DNA of 64,000 nt, from the NCBI GenBank assembly GCA_032718475.1, contig JAUCBJ010002167.1, positions 1 through 64,000 on the forward strand, read 5' to 3'. Positions 50,470 to 62,074 of this stretch are shown in pieces. This DNA comes from Nemertoderma westbladi. Taxonomy: Eukaryota > Animalia > Xenacoelomorpha. A program made the position numbers and the translations under genes. Numbering within the stretch: the stretch's first letter is position 1; every line of letters starts with the position of its first letter. The notes below the pieces were generated by a model, which was not told the DNA's origin, searched no databases, and was given only the letters and a program-made list of their open reading frames with translations.

Positions 50470-50990
50470 AAGTAGTTAGAAGTTAGGGAGTGTGGTATAT
50501 AGACATACCACGAGAGTAGTAGCAGGGTACATAGTACCGGAGTAGCTGGGTACATAGTACTGTAAGAGGAAGTAGTTAGAAGTTAGGGAGTGTGATATAT
50601 AGACATACCACGAGAGTAGTAGCATGGTACATAGTACCATAAGAGGAAGTAGTTAGAAGTTAGGGAGTGTGGTATATTGACATACCACGAGAGTAGTAGC
50701 AGGGTACATAGTACCATAAGAATGAGAAGTTAGAGAATAGGGAGTGTGGTATATTTACATACCACGAGAGTAGTAGCAGGGTACACAGTACCGTGAGAGT
50801 TAAGTTAGAGATTAGGAAGTGTGGTATATAGACATACCACGAGAGTAGTAGTAGGGTACATAGTACCGAGAGAGTTAGAAGTTGTGGGCACTGAGGGCGC
50901 CACGTAGTAAGAGAGTAGAGGGTATGGTATATAGGTATACCATAAGAGTAGCAGTAGGGTACATAGTACCGTAGAGGCTGTGGGTATTGA
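50470..50990 (+). repeat. ~77-bp tandem array (6-7 copies) with two internal hairpins per unit
   Basis: AGTTAG..GTGGTATATAGACATACCACGAGAGTAGTAGCAGGGTACATAGTACC repeated; stems GTGGTAT/ATACCAC and GGTAC/GTACC. Confidence 0.88.
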
Positions 50991-51497
50991 GAGCACCACG
51001 AAAGGGAGAGGGGGCCACATGGGTAGAGTAGGATAGACTGTGTAGGCCGCACGAGACAGACTATTGTACTGCACAGCCCATAGTGTAAGTTTAGGATATT
51101 TGTTACAGGGCCAGGAAGTTGCCTGGTACGTAGCTAGCACAGTAGAGAATGGCTAGTTTTCCCTGTATACAAACTATAGGGGTTATCTAGGTTAAAAATA
51201 ACCCGCCGATAACTGATAATAGCACAGTAAGAGAGAATAAAATAGTATTAGGAGCAAATTCAACAAATTATGACAACAGTAGGCAAGGGATTCTAGAATC
51301 ATAATTAAAGTAACGGACAGATTTGTAAAATTTAGGAAAATTGGCACTTTGGGGGACGCATACTTAAACATATAGCATAAAATAGGGTTTCTAGGAGATA
51401 GGCCATTACTGAGCACAAACATCTTGTTAGACAGCACTCATCTAATTGAGCCTTGGTAAGGCACCACCAATAAGGTGAGCGCGCGAGAAAGTTCGTA

Positions 51498-53938
51498 ATG
51501 GTGGAGAGACTAGTTAAGAAGAGAAAGACGGAGAGGAGTGGAAAGGAGATACTAGTGGACTTCACGACGCAGAGGCATCTGGCGATTTTCGAGCATTTTT
51601 TCAAGCATTTTCACTACGTAGTGAAAGGAGATGATGCAAAGTTCGGGATACCGAAGTATCCGAGGGAACCACCGAGGAAGGAATGGAAGAGGTTTGTAGA
51701 GTCTGTGAGTAGGGGCGGATATATGGTCCTAGACGACGAAGGGACTGTGGAGGACGATGAGGGCCCGAGAAGAGGGTCGACGGGATCGGCTAGAATCATA
51801 CTAGTGCATTTGGCTGCGCCAAATGGAGAAATCTTTCTATTCGATCTGGGGACCTACGGGAAGAAGAGCGGGCCGAGTTGAACCGGCTGCCGAGGGTGGT
51901 GCAGGACCTAGTAAGGGAGAAGACTATGGTGAAGGTGGGATTGGCGATCCGCGACGATGCGGAGAGGATCGTCGGACCGGAGACCCCCAACCTCCTGGAC
52001 ATGTAAGTGGTCTATATGGCCATGACAGGGCCAGAGGGGTTGGGATTGGTAGATAACACAGGACATTGCGGAGCAGTGGCGATGGGTCAGCTCATGGGGC
52101 TCGTCTGCCACAAGCCGATGGACTGGGGTAAGTTCCGGGGGGAGTATGGAGCAGAACTGGCGAACTCGCTGAAATGGGGAGCGAGGCCAGGGAAACAGGA
52201 GGTGAATCAGTTCCGAAGGGGAGCGATAAAGATATATCAGAAGAGATATATCCTACAGGAGGATTGGATAATGATAGGTTTACTAAACCTATTCATTTGC
52301 CGTGGTTATTGGAAGAGAGCCAATGGTGTTTCTGCTATCAGGAACACCTCATCTGTAATCTACAGAAGAGCCTTTAAGGTGGCCTTTGAAGGTCTGGTAG
52401 ACCACCCGGAGCTGAAGGGTGAGTTGGTGTACTACGATAGCCGGCACCTAGTGGACAGAGAGTTGGATACACCATACAAGAGGTGGGAGAAGCTGGAAGT
52501 GGATAGGGTCGAGGAGAAGAGGCTGGAAGAAATCGCCAGGCGAGAAAGGAGGGAAGCAGACAAGAGAGAGGCGGATATAAGGAGAGAGGAGTACGGGTTC
52601 GAAGCCCAGGACTTAGATGAGCTGAGGTGGGGATCAGGGAGCTCGGGCGAGTTTCTGGGGAGGAACTGGGATGGACGGAGGGATCGCCAAAACAGTCGAC
52701 ATCGGGATTGCAAGTGATGCCCATACCAGGGGGCTCTGAGGACGATTTCGCAAGGAAGAGACCAAGGGAGCAGGAAGGGTGGAAAATTTCGGGTGGAAAC
52801 CAAGGTGGAAAGGGGCACAGTGGATCTACCGGGCTTCCGGGTCTGGATCCACTCCCAGCGAGGGAAGAAGATGACGACGATTTTGGGGAGATGCAGCCCA
52901 TCGAGAGGATCGGCCACTCAGATACAGACTGGGTGGGTGGGGGAGTGGTGACGGCTAGCGGGGCGAGAGCCTTCTGGGATAAACCCGGCAAGCGGGCCTG
53001 GGTGCACGAGGAGCCGGCGATAGATTTCGCGGGGAGCACCATCAGGTTGGGCGAGCAGCCGGGAACGGCGCCACGGGTAGTGTTTGGGGAGAAGATGACG
53101 AGGGGGGAGGAGGACGTGGATATGGGTAGGGACCATAATGTCCAGATGTTTGCTTATCAACGGCTCCACAGACCTAGGAGACCGCTCGGGGCAAAGGACG
53201 ACTTGGGGCAGGATTTGTTGATACACGGCTGTGACTACTGTGGGAGGCTGACTCACCAGGAAAAGAGCTGTTTGTATCGATTCCAGAAGGGGGCGAGTTG
53301 CCTCTACTGCCGCGAGTCGACCCATAGGATGGGTGCGTGTCCTAGGCTGCACAAACCGCTGCTCAAAGTGTAACTTTCGAAGGCACTATGGGCGCCAGTG
53401 TGACTGGATGGACGATGAAGAGACGTTTAAGATCTTCGAGGAGTGGGCCGACGTCGGCGTTATGACGCGGCAGAGGATGAAGGCCAAGGAGTTCCGGTGG
53501 GGCTTCTTCAACATCAATCCTGGAGCCCACCAGGAGATTATCAAGTGGAGACTGCCATTGACATACCAGGAGGTAGCGACAGTGGCATCATATGGAGGAG
53601 TCATCAATACGCAGAGATACTTGGATAGATGGACGCCAGAGAACAGGGGCGAGTTCAGGGACTTTTTGGCAGAACACTTGCCGCAAGCAATGAAAATGAT
53701 CCTGTGGGACGCTACCAGGGGGAAGCAGGAGGGGCACTTGGAAGGGCCACCTGCAAAGCGTTACCGGGAGTTGATAACACCAGCGCCCCAAGAATTGACG
53801 ATGGGGATTAGCAAGGCGGTAAGGGCGAGAATGAGGAGTCTCAGGGAGGACAAACCAGAGGGAAGGAAGCGGCCCAGGCAAGATGATGACAGGGGCAAAG
53901 AACTAAGATGGTTCCCGAAGATGGGAGGAGCGAACTAG
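51498..53938 (+). pseudogene. Accessory ORF3: DEDDy (WRN/RNase D-like) 3'-5' exonuclease + three CCHC zinc knuckles, frameshifted
   Basis: YMVLDDEG (ExoI), IILVHLAAPNGEIFLFDL, LPRVVQDLVREKTMVKVGLAIRDD (ExoII, read after a frameshift at ~51860), QKRYILQED (ExoIII-like); CDYC-X4-H-X4-C, CLYC-X4-H-X4-C, CSKC-X4-H-X4-C. Confidence 0.72.
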
Positions 53939-54566
53939 AACTCAGGGAGATGTGGGCATGCCTGGAAGGCACCACATGTGGGAATGAATACGAACTCCTA
54001 AGTGCAAATAATTAAGTGCAATTAGTATGTATGTGTGTAGATAATAAATATAATCAATATGAATATAATCAAAGTAAGTACTATAGTCATATATAACCTT
54101 TTCCAATTAGCTACTGGGATTAGGGACCACTTGACTACGATAACTGGACGAGACACTAGACGGATCCCATTTCTCAAGTGTGGCCACACTAATGAGGATG
54201 TGGGAGCTCCACAGGAGGGTACGGAGGATGTAAACAAATGTGGGTTGAGTATAGGAGAACGGGGGAAGTATGTAGCGGAGGTGTTGACATGTGTAGAAGT
54301 GAGAGGAGTGCAATTCAAGTGTGGGGAGCGAGCAGTAAGAGAGAAAGCGAGGACGAGGTCCGTGAGAGAGAGTGTTACGATATATGGCGCTGTGTACCAA
54401 TATTAGCCGTTATACAGTATAATCATTTAGTTAGATAAGCCATAATGACGCCATAATGATGAACCGGCTTTGTGTAAGCAGATGTATAGTCTAGTACAAA
54501 GATATCCGGTAGTAGTGATGGGTTCGGATTTGACAGTGTTCAATAGAGAATAATTAAGACGACTTT

Positions 54567-54773
54567 CCTCTCCCTTACTTACACCCAACCCCCACATTAC
54601 GATTACCCCTCCCTTACTTACACCCAACCCCCACATTACGATTACCTCTCCCTTACTTACACCCAACCCCCACATTACGATTACCTCTCCCTTACTTACA
54701 CCCAACCCCCACATTACCCCTCCCTTACTTACACCCAACCCCCACATTACCTCTCCCTTACTTACACCCAACC
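54567..54773. repeat. 39/33-bp C-rich minisatellite (~6 copies)
   Basis: TCCCTTACTTACACCCAACC recurs at 54571, 54610, 54649, 54688, 54721, 54754. Confidence 0.92.
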
Positions 54774-57700
54774 TGTATTTAGAAAAGGAAAATAAAACGC
54801 CCATATTTGTGAATGTTATCCATTTGTACAGTATGTAGTCCTACCTATGTAATTTTGTAATAAAATATAAATAAATAGTTCTACGGTAGCAAGTTTCCTA
54901 TAAAACCCTTGATGTAAGCTTGCTGTTATTAGTATCAATAGGGCTAACTGTCTATTTGCTTTAATTTCTATTATATTTGCGCTAAATTAGATTTTATGTA
55001 CTGTGCTTTTAGTACCGCTAAATTAAGCAACGCCAAAATTACCATATATGGTGGCAATTTGTGATTCTGAGGGGGAATAGGTTCACAATCCGGCTTCCTT
55101 ATTGGCCTAGCTGCTTCCAGGTTGGTCTAATGGTAGCGCGGATTGGGGAACCAATCAGAGGATTATTGCATCATCCTTGATGAATCACATATAAATTGGC
55201 TGTATTTCCGGTATGTGCATCTCAGTTATCCATAATCTCATTCTCAGTCTGTGTATAATCTCTTATTTTGTATTTCCGTTTGTTTCTTGCAATAATTCGC
55301 AAATTTTGTAATTTCTGCTTTATTTCTTGCTGCGTTTCTTAATTAATCTCGATGATTGCTGCAAATTACAATCCGAACTATGATTTCTACCTTTTCATTA
55401 ATGGTTCTATGTTATTAAGATGCGATAATCCTACGGGATTTCTTTAGACTGTCAGACTGTTTGTGATTGCATGCGCCGTTACGGTAGCTATTCATTTTAA
55501 TGGAGGGCTAAGGTACCGGTAGGCGCGGCGGGTGCACCGGGGGGGTAGCGACGAAGGGAGTGCAGAGGATTCAAAGGCGAGCAATGCTGGCGGGGGTCAC
55601 CGTTGCGGTCGGAAGGCCAGCAGTGTAGAGGGAAGACCGGTTGCCGGTACAGTAATTAGGGGGCTGACGATCCAGATTTTGTCTCTATTTTGTAGTATTA
55701 GGGGGGCAGGAATCGGTTTAGTTAGGAAGCCTATATGTACCCGGGAGAGGCCTTCGTGTTCTACACTACAAACTGCAAACTGTACATTGAGAACTGCTAA
55801 CTGTTAAGTATTCGCTATTGATTGTTACGCTGATTTGTGTGTTGCTAAAGTGTGCCTGATTAAATTATGAATGCTTAGATAGGCGCCTTTTTCCCTTGAT
55901 TGATTTCTATTTCTTAGTTTACGATAAATAATTACTGATTAGGCCAAAGTAATACGGTATTTAGGCTGTTACTAGTGTAACCCGGTGCGTAATAAATTAG
56001 AATTGCGCATTCTGGAACACTTAGTAATTAGTACGCTGTTTCATATTTGTGACTGTAATTAATTAGTAAAATTAAGAATTTGTACGCAGCATAGCGGAGA
56101 GTAGTTAAGGTAATTATTTGGAGTACTGTAAACTATTCACGCTGGGCGGTTATTTGAAAATAGCGGACAATAAGCTAGATAGCAGTATCCAGTACACAGT
56201 AGTAGATTGCTGGCCTAAAGCCAGCCGAAGGCAAGTTTAGACCCATAGTACCAGCCCCAGTAGGACATTCTGTCACACTTTGAGTTATTTTAAACATTCT
56301 CACATTCACATATTCCGTTAGGGAACACCAGTATTTGCGATTAGAAAGGACGCGTTTATTTGCGCGTTTTTTAACAGTAAGATTAGGCAATAAAAATACA
56401 CTCTGAGTGTAAGCCTCTAACACTCGTTTTAAGTAGCCTAGGGAGCCGTCTCGGGTTTATTGTTTTGGTTATTCCCGCGTGGCTCATAGATTCGAACAGT
56501 TAGCTCTCTATCGAGCAATCAGTAGAGAACGGAACAAGCGATTTGGAGGAGGCATATAAAATTAGTAAAATATATTAGCGGACGGCAGGTTAGCGCCATC
56601 CAGCGGTGAGTAGCGGTTTTGTGTTTAGCAGTAGTGCAGTAGTAGTAATAATGCGCTCCTGATCGCCCCTGTTTAACAAAGAGAGTAAGGGACTATGAGG
56701 TCCGTGAGAGAGAGAGTAAGGGACAGAGAGGTCCGAGAGTGAGATTAGAGTGAGGACGTATAAAATTGTGTGAAGAAAGAGCACAATTGTCTCGAACAGA
56801 GACACCAGATACCTTGGTGCAACATAGCTCGCGATTGCACCAAGGAGGGGTAGTAATAACATACTCAGGGGGGGGGCGGTCAGTAAAGCTGACCCCGAGA
56901 AAAGAACTCCACCCCACACCCAATATTAGATTGGGTTCCAGCGGAATTGAAGCGCACTTAAGGTTGATGCTATCTTATCACCGGGAAGATAGCATGGGGG
57001 GAGTGTAAGCGGATTCAATTCCATTACACTATCCACCTTAGAATGGGACCAGTGGCATTTTATCAATATAGTTGGGGATACGAGATTACCAATAACAATC
57101 TCGTCTCATAACCAACTTTGGGGGGGCGACACAAGCCCTAAAGCCACAGAGAGAGGTGAGAGGTCAAACCACATCGGAGGGAGAACACAGCTAGTAGTAG
57201 AGGCTAGCAGCGGGGGGAAACACTCACGGGGAGTGCCAAAGTGACAATTAGTATATTAGCCAATAGCGGGGAGGGAAGCACGTGATTAAAGATAGGAAAG
57301 CATCCACTGGGTACAGAGGGCCAAGTACAGTAAGTGGTGAAACCAATATCTGTGTGTATCAATCATATATTATTCTGTATTACTGATTTACTGGTCATTT
57401 CATTAGTAACAGAGTTGCAGACCGGTCATAGTTTATGACCGTCACCGCTACCAACATAACCGATTAATATCTGTGCCTTTCTGCTGTTATATCTGTGTTA
57501 TCGTGATACCCATTACATACTGATTGTGCTATTATCATTCGGATTATTAATATTGAGAAGCAGAAACTCTATTATTTTCCCCGATGGCCTTGGGCCAAAA
57601 CGAATTAGTGCTACTTCCTAGCAGAACGGTGATGCGTACAAATCTAACCCGGTCGGGATCTTACGATCCCGTCATACGTGGCGACGCATATAACACACAC

Positions 57701-57804
57701 ACCGGTCGGGATACATACTGCCAACTCCAGGATCCCATCACAGTTAAAAACTGCCAACAACCCAACAAGCATTTAAATAAACTGTGACCACAACCAGCGC
57801 CAAC

Positions 57805-60782
57805 ATGAGTGAACACGAGATGACCAAGGTCCAGAGGAAGAGACCCCGAGCGACAGAGACGAAAGGATTCGGTAAGCAACGATGAGGTGGTACTGGCCCG
57901 CCACATCGGATTCGACAATGAGGGACGCTCCGGTCGTTGAGGAGGAGGGTGGCAGAGTACGAGGAGGAAAGGGGAGCGAGTCGACGCAAGATAAGAGCGG
58001 CGAACGAGGTACCGAAATCGCCAGCCAAACCAGTGGCCGAAGGCGGCGAACGGCCCACCGGAACGGCAATGGTGGGGCCGACGGTACGGCGCCGGACGAG
58101 GAGGGAAGGTCAAGTCCAGGAGGAAGACGTCAGGATGAGTAATCACCTACGACGAGAGTACAACGCCACCAAGAAGTTGTTGAAGGATGCTAGAGAGGGA
58201 GGGAAGGTAGAACAGCCCAAGTTGTACAGGAGGCTAGGTGAGTGCAACAAACATTTCCGCTACCTAGTACGATTTGGGCAGTGGGAACTAGCAAGTGAGA
58301 GGATGAGGGGGGTCGCCACAGAACTGTTCGAATTGTGGCGATCTGAGGTGAAGGAGGCTAGTGTGGTGTACGTAGGGCCCTATCTAGTAGATGCAAGGGG
58401 GATTAAGTTAGTGGGATGGGCGGACCCACACGGCACCAAACCCGAGGTTAACCCCGAAGATTCGGTGTCGTCGGTTAGTAGGAATGCTAGTAAGCATGGG
58501 AAAATTAGTAGGATGAACAGGCGACGGGAGTCGGTCGCAACCGAAAAGTCTGCTACATCCTCCGCGAATGCAAGAAGGGTGTTAGAGATAGATCTGGCGT
58601 GTCAGCTAGACATAGTTGCACTGGATCAAAAGGAACTTGAGAGACACCTGGATGAGGAGACCGCGTTACTAGAAAGGGAAAGGCAACTAGCGAGACAGTG
58701 CAAAGAGAGGGCCGAGAAGGTGGCGAGAGATTATAGGGAGCGGGAGGCAAGGGAGGCTGAAAGGATTGAGAGAGAAGCTAACGAGCGTAGAGAGCGTTAG
58801 CTGATCAGAGTATTAGAGAGGACAGAGAGAGAGAGAGGGCAGGTAAACGTATGAGGGATGATATGCATACCCAGTTGAGGGGGTTAATGCAATATCAGGC
58901 GAAACAAAAACGCCGATTAGAACTGGCAAAAATGGGTTTATCAGAGAGCGAGGCTGGTTCAGGAAGTATTTATGAGGAACCAGGGGTGATGGAAACCTTT
59001 GTTAAAACCCCACTTACAGGTACCAGACAACAGACCCTAAACTGGTGTGACCGGAAGGGCGGGGGGGAGGGTAATGACAATATGTTTGATGAAAACATTA
59101 ATATTAATAGTACCGTAGTAGATAACCGGGCAGAGGGAGGGACGTTGGTACCGTAAGCGGCCAAACGAGAAAACGTCGAGCCCACTCGGAAGACAGGAGA
59201 AGGACAGTAGAGTTCATCCAGGAGGTCGATACGAGATCTCTTGAAGGAGAACATTACGCTGAAATCAGAAGAAGTGAGGAGGGGCAAGGAAGTGTTGCTA
59301 CGGGCAACCAGAGACGTCGAGAGAGGATGGACAGTGAACCGTCGATAGTTGAACTGGAGAGAGAAAGCCGGTGGGGTCGTACTCTGGGAGATTCCCATTA
59401 CATGCGCTGAAAACTAGAATTGAGCTGCCACCAGTGGAGCTTTTCAAGTTTGATGGTAGCAAGCCGGAAGAATATCTACAGTTCCGGAGAATGTACAGTA
59501 ATGAGATTTTGACAAAAAATCTCACGCAGGCGGAGTCCCTTAAATACCTACAAGTCTATACAGGGGGGCCAGCTTACGACATAGTGAGGCAATACCAAGG
59601 TATTGAAGGAGGATTCACAACTGCATGGAGAGCCCTGGACAGGGTATTTGGCCATCCTGCAAAGATTATCCGACAAACCTTAAGGGGAATAACATCAGGC
59701 GGACTCGCAGATAACCCCGTTAGCATCAAGACTTTCGCTAACAAAGTAGAGAAAGCGCTAATAGTATTAAAGACTCTAGATGCACCTTACGAACTCAATG
59801 CATCGAACAACATCACCACGATAGCGCAGGCACTACCGATCTGGCTGAGAAACAAATGGAGAAAGATCGCTTTCTCCACTCGAGAAAGGAAAGGTGTGGA
59901 GCCAGGATGGAGGAGATGTCGAACTTCCTTAACTACGAGCCAGAGCTAATAACAGATCCAGTCTATAGTGAGGACAGTCTAGGAAAGGCACCGAGGACTG
60001 AATACAGCCGGCCTAAACCCGAATGTAGTGCGGCGAATGCACTTCCGAAGGTGAGGCAGTCACTACCGTATGCGGCCACACAGGGGACTTCAAGTCCACA
60101 GAGAGCTGGGAGTAGAGCCACACCATGGCAGGGACAGAAACCAAGTAACAACATGAACAAATACAAACCCAATACACTCAGTAGGCCGAGTCCAATTAAC
60201 CAAAACACTAAACCGCTAGATATGAATCTAAGCGCAATACGTGAAGCACTATACGAGGAACGCTACAATCCTGATTACAAATGTCAATTGCATAGAAACG
60301 GGACCCATAAGACCATAGACTGCAAGCATTGGCAGGCGTTACTTAAACAAGATCGGATAGCCTACACTGGTAAGAATGGACTATGTCATCGATGCATGGT
60401 AGGAGGACACAGGAAGGATGAGTGCCAGGAACCGCCGATCAAATATGGCGAGACTGATGGGACTGGAGGTCAGATGATGGCAACGAGCACGATGGGAGCA
60501 AAGAAGAGGGGAACGGTACTACTCGGAGTGGTACCAGTGAGAATAATAAGGGAGAACGAGCTATTGGTTACGACGCTAATGCTGGTCGATAGGGGAGCAG
60601 CGTTCATGCTGGTGGAAAGTTGGATGGCCGAAAGAATAGGGTTATGGACAAAGCTAAGTAAGATGGCGGTGACCACAATTTCCAGCAAGGACGAGGTCAT
60701 GAAAATGAGGACGGGACGATGCGAAATAGCAGTGATAACACCAGGGTGCGACTATGGGGCTACCATCGAACCCATCCAGATC
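57805..60782 (+). pseudogene. BEL/Pao gag-protease copy B (related subfamily, degenerate, 3'-truncated)
   Basis: Collinear with copy A (RREYNATKKLL, LPPVELFKFDG, LVDRGAAF); breaks off after PGCDYGATIEPIQI. Confidence 0.9.
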
Positions 60783-60830
60783 CAAAATCGTAAAAATGTT
60801 GATAAAATATTTATAATATAGCTGAAAAAG

Positions 60831-61262
60831 TCAAGAATCATCTTCATTGTCATCGGATTCATCAGTGGTTACAAGGGTTTCTTTCGAAATAATAACTATA
60901 AACAAAGCCATAATTTCATAAGCATTTTTACGATCTAATTTGATCTCAAACTTTTCACCTTTATTGACCACTATATTGCCACTATATTGACTAATAACAA
61001 TAAAGTTATCTGACAATGAGAAAATTGTGATTGATTCTAAATTTCCATCATCTTTTATTTTGTAATCTAAAAGGTAATTAGTAGAATCTACCTCGCCGAA
61101 AATATCAATACAACGTAGTTCTATTCTTGCTTGTTCAGAAATATCTATTTTAAAATTAGGTTGTGAAGGACAATAAATAGTGTTACCAATAACAATACAA
61201 GTAAGATTATCTACAGTATTAAATGTATGTCTTATTACAGGTGTAGGTGTATCAGAAGACAT
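60831..61262 (-). CDS. Orphan 143-aa AT-rich ORF next to the right TIR, possible Polinton accessory gene
   Basis: Intact intronless ATG ORF pointing inward from the TIR; composition differs from the adjacent BEL DNA; no motif recognised. Confidence 0.5.
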   Translation of the reverse strand: MSSDTPTPVIRHTFNTVDNLTCIVIGNTIYCPSQPNFKIDISEQARIELRCIDIFGEVDSTNYLLDYKIKDDGNLESITIFSLSDNFIVISQYSGNIVVNKGEKFEIKLDRKNAYEIMALFIVIISKETLVTTDESDDNEDDS

Positions 61263-61734
61263 TATTATTATTATTATTTAATGTAATAACAATTAAATAA
61301 CCGCGCCAAGACAGACAAATAAATATTCTATTCATATATTTAAATAGATAATTTTTATATTCACCCAATCAACTAATAACACGTGTAACCAATAGAAAGT
61401 GAATAATAACAGCAAATGAAGCAAATGAAGTAAATGAAAAAATAGATATTATTATTAATAGTTGAATTAATGCATTCTATGCTATAGAAATCATGTTAAG
61501 GAACTAGAAGCTATAAACATCTGCTACCAGTTGAGAATGAAGAATTCAACGGCTACGGTATAACCTGGATATTTGTCGCCTTTTTCTCTCGAGGTTGGAT
61601 GGAAGAGTGAGCGATGAATTGTAGCAAAACATAATGGTCCTCTGTTCGATCCCGGTTGAATATTTTGTTATCTGAAAAATTGCTAAATGAAATTTAGTTA
61701 CTGGTGAAAAATTACAGGTAGAAAGACACCTGAA

Positions 61735-62074
61735 ATAAAAGATATGAAAATACTGGTTGGTGAAAAATAGCAATTTGAAACATAGTAGAAGTTACCTGAA
61801 GACACCCGAGCGCCTGTAAAATAAAGGCTCGCGATTGGTTGGAAGGAGTAGAGAGGGAGTTAGCTGGGTGACTAATAACGCCTCTAGCGAAAATGCGGGA
61901 ACTTGAGAAGTTACCATCGTTACGGTTGAAATGTTGACTTCTGATTGGTTGAAATAATAACGACCACTGGTAACGGTTGAAATGGTGGTTTCTGATTGGT
62001 CAGCAGGAGTAGAAAACATGGTAATGCTGAGCTATGGATGACTCTTAGCGGAGAACGAATCTTCATATACTACT
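61735..62074 (-). repeat. Right TIR
   Basis: Reverse complement of 43259-43599; several CCAAT/ATTGG boxes. Confidence 0.9.

Larger units (their letters stand above)
43259..62074. mobile_element. Polinton/Maverick-type element shell (TIRs + 6-bp TSD) lacking recognisable core genes and filled with BEL/Pao sequence
   Basis: AGTAGTATATGA...TCATATACTACT ends; ~340-bp inverted repeats (43259-43599 vs ~61735-62074, ~90% identical over the first 60 bp); TSD GCCATG at 43253-43258 and 62075-62080; removal restores the flanking BEL integrase frame. Confidence 0.82.

Noticed and set aside
52374-53881. Long antisense ORFs over ORF3 and gag
   Set aside because: Shadow frames of GC/purine-rich coding sequence with no recognisable domains
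51498-53938. env gene interpretation of ORF3
   Set aside because: No signal peptide, furin-site/fusion-peptide arrangement or transmembrane anchor seen; motifs fit an exonuclease and zinc knuckles instead
55115-55165. tRNA/SINE-like A box (TGGTCTAATGG)
   Set aside because: No downstream B box or cloverleaf could be built
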